Origin: Eledone cirrhosa
Lineage: Eukaryota
NCBI GenBank assembly: GCA_964016885.1
Contig: OZ024742.1
Coordinates: 75,826,001-75,890,000 of the forward strand
Reading direction: 5' to 3'
Length of the DNA stretch: 64,000 nucleotides
Shown here one piece after another: positions 56,989 through 64,000 of the stretch; positions within the stretch are counted from its first letter, which is position 1; the number at the start of each line of letters is the position of its first letter. The position numbers and the translations under genes were made by a program. The notes under the pieces are model-generated. The model made no database searches, was not told the DNA's origin, and was given only the letters and a program-made list of their open reading frames with translations.

Positions 56989-58199
56989 TTTATAATATAG
57001 AAGAGATGGTCTCACATTGAATAACACATTTCTTATTAAATCAAACAACAGATCATTAACAAGCAACACGTCATTTCGGCACAGTGAAAATTAAATTGAT
57101 TGTTGATTGATTGATTGTTCGATTTTAATTTTTACGGTAGAGCAACGTTTAAATGGAGCTACTACTTTTATTGGCATTTTTTTAAATGTACATTATTGAT
57201 TAAACTTTTTTGTGAACAATGCCTTTATTTGTAGAGACGTGTGTATAGACAATTGAATGAATCTAAAAATATAAGTTATATTTATATAACTAATAAACTC
57301 GATTATTAAAACAACATGTAACACCGATCTGAAACAAAATGTAAGCATTAATTCGTGGTCTCTAATGACAAGCAATTACTGACTAACGCCTTAAACAATA
57401 TTATATCTTAATATTCAATTAAACGATTTACAATTTCACCTGTTTATTACTGTTGTCTATTTCGTTTTATTGAAATCAAAGGCTTTCTAATGACCTAAAC
57501 AATTTCTCAATTATATACTGTCATAGTATTGAAAACCCAATAAATTTTGCAAACATTCTTTTAAGTTGGTATCCAGCTCTAATTCCTTCAAGTATAACCT
57601 TACTCTTGAGAAGTGCTGTTCACACACAGGCAGATTAATCTGCACTATATCTCATCAAACTTCTACTTTCGGCATTCTCATTAATAAATAAGATACCACC
57701 ATATGCTCAGTATAGTTACGAATTTTTCTTTAACAACATGCGATTTTTTTGAAAAAAAAGTAACCTATGTATACAAATGTAGTCATAGATATACAATGTC
57801 TGAAGTACAACAACGCGATGATCTCTACTGATACATCGATTAAAAATGTGACATACCATTGGAGATCTGTAGTGCCTGATCAAATTAGAGAATGTATGTA
57901 TATATATCATTTATTTTATCGGATGAAAAAATAATTCTCGCAATACTACAATTATTGAGAGTCAAGAAGTATATTAAGACGATAGAATTAGTTATTATTA
58001 AAATAAGTTTATACCAAAGGAATCAGATACAAACATTCTAGAACGCATTTCTGAATCAAGTAGCATTTTATTGACTGACAGCTTAGGGAAAATCTGAAGT
58101 AAAACCTAAAATTTATGCCGGATGATCTTCGATAAGGACTTGATAGCTTTTGATGCCGAGTGCTGCATGACAGGAATAAAAATCATTGCTGTGAAACCT

Positions 58200-58864
58200 G
58201 AGACACCTTTCTTAAGGAATCTTGTATAGTGCACTTTACAAGTGAGTGGAGTTCGACTGCAGCAGGGGGAGAACTATCAATGGGACTGTCTTCACGAGTT
58301 ATGGAAGGCATAAGGCTGAATTAAGTGCAATAATTACAGGAGCTGCTACAGCAACACACCAGCTTCAGTATTCGGTTATCAGAAGAAGGGATGTAGCTGT
58401 AGAAGCCAAACATCGCTATATTCAATTCGGAACTTCTGCCAAACCCTATTTATGATCATGTATCTTGCGTAATGATCGAGGGAATAGAATGGCAAATACA
58501 AGTGGCCGAAATGGGGTTCCTCCGGAGGGTCTTTGAAATAATGTTACTTGGTAGGGTGCGTAGCTTGGAGAACAGGGAGTCGCTCCAGGTAACGACATTA
58601 GTTAACTGAATTGGGAGGTCGCAGCCCCGATACGATGGATCTGTGGTAGGAATGTAGAAGGAAAGCATCAGTGGACATATTTACGGTCAAGTCCATCCGG
58701 CATAAGTCCCAAGGCCAGATAGAACTCGCGTACAACAGTTGGATGACATCTATGAGTTTGGATGGCCCCACTTGCGGATGCAGTCGGATCAATTGGGGAG
58801 AGTTGCTCCTAACAGGACCTGCCAGAAGGTATACTTGAGTACTCAGCCACACGAATCTCCCAGA

Positions 58865-58865
<1 letters not shown>
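58200..58865 (+). mobile_element. RTE-clade LINE (Rex3/Expander-like) 3' fragment
   Basis: QIQVAEMGFLRRV..LLGRVRSLENRESLQV..IGRSQ, then DDIYEFGWPHL; ends in (AAT)n. Confidence 0.75.

Positions 58866-58960
<95 letters not shown>
58865..58960. repeat. (AAT)n array
   Basis: Seen directly. Confidence 0.97.
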
Positions 58961-58963
<3 letters not shown>

Positions 58964-60320
58964 CACGCTTGCCATACCAGTAGTAACCTACAGTTACAAT
59001 GTCATCAACTGGTCAAGCACAGAGATCCGTAGGCTCGATACAAAAATCCGAAAATTCTTAACCATGCACAGAATGCATCGCCCTAAGGCAGACATAGATA
59101 GAATATATCTCCCTAGGAAAGAAGAAGGACGTGGGTTAATCCAGTTAGACATTGCGTTGAAAACTGCAACAATTGGATTATCCACATGTCTAAGGGAATC
59201 ACATGATTGGATGATCAAACTCGTTTTGAAACACGAAAGCACCAAAAGATCATATTCCATTACAAAATATGCACAAAGATACAGTAATGGACTACAAATT
59301 TCAGAAGTCCCATTTACTGCTGAAATGGAAAACACAGAAAAAGCAAAGCAGGTAAAAGTAACTGCAAAGAAAGAACTGCTACAGAAACTGGCTAAGAAAT
59401 GGCAAGAAAAGCCTCTGTATGGAAAATACCCAGAGCGAGCTAACAATCCTGATGTTGACAAAACTTTAACCCATCAGTGGTTGGCATCCTCTGGACTGAA
59501 ATCGGAGACTGAAGGACTGATTATATCCGCACAAGATCAGTGTCTGCCAACAAAAAAATTACCAAGCCAACATAATAAAAAATGGGTGCAGCCCATTATG
59601 CCGTGTATGCAAAAAACAACCAGAGACCATTGACCATATAATTTCAATGTGCAGTCCTATAGCTCCAACCGAATACCTAAACAGGCATGACAGAGCTGCA
59701 CAATACATACATTGGATAATGTGTAAGCATTTTGACCTGCCCCATCAAAAGAATTGGTGGGAGCATCAACCACCTCCCATACTTGAAAAAGATCACATCT
59801 CAATCTTGTGGAACTTTAGCATCCAAACAGACCGAAAAATAGATGCAAATAGAACTGATATAATATTGAAGGACTTTCAAAGGAGGGTATGCCTGCTAAT
59901 TGATATGTCTGTTCCAATAGACAAGAATGTATCTATAAAAACATTTGAAAAATTGAGCAAGTATAAGGACCTGGAGATAGAAATTGGAAAAATGTGGAAA
60001 TTGAGAACTAAAACAATACCAGTGGTTGTAGGCGCTCTGGGAATGATACCTAAGGGGTCTAACGACTACTTATCGCAAATCCCAGGAAACCCGCGTATAG
60101 GAGAAATACAAAAGATAGTACTAATGGGAACTGCCCATATACTAAGGAAGATCCTGTCAATATAAGTACATCACAAGTCTAAACACTAAGGATGCATGTG
60201 TGAATATGTGTGTTCTTTCTTGAACATGGCGGACCTTGTTGTCTCTTGAGGTCACTGGTTGTGACTTGGTGATAACTCGTATAAACATAAAGCAAGATAA
60301 ATGCAAATAATAATAATAAT
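58961..60320 (+). mobile_element. Dong family B, 5'-truncated
   Basis: ORFs 59064-59633 and 59647-60165 (RHDRAA..WNFSIQTD..IDMSVP..EKLSKY..PVVVGALG), 3' UTR and AAT tail. Confidence 0.93.
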
Positions 60321-60360
60321 AATAAGAAGAAGAAGAATAAGAATAATTATTATTATTATT

Positions 60361-64000
<3,640 letters not shown>

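Overview
AT-rich, microsatellite-saturated eukaryotic DNA with no confidently identifiable host gene. The SINE types and repeat landscape suggest a coleoid cephalopod, probably Octopus (inference). The window is mostly mobile elements. (i) Two arrays of R4/Dong-type RLE non-LTR retrotransposons from two diverged families, A and B, are chained head-to-tail through (TAA)n tails at 29.2-42.0 kb (-) and 58.9-64 kb (+). The last copy has a frame open from 61863 to the window end. (ii) Penelope-like elements: two Naiad-type and one Penelope/Poseidon-type remnant. (iii) About a dozen type I hammerhead ribozyme motifs, several folding cleanly, mostly inside short non-coding modules nested in (TA)n arrays and often in inverted or partial-tandem layouts. 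(iv) A decayed Helitron with its 3' hairpin and CTAG end. (v) CRE, RTE and older RLE LINE fragments, plus tRNA-derived SINEs. The most notable observations are the TA-nested hammerhead modules (one family shows stem covariation), a ~570-bp 5' leader shared by two otherwise diverged Dong families, and a conserved pseudoknot-like structure before the Dong B start codon. All alignments and folds were done by eye and coordinates of decayed elements are approximate.
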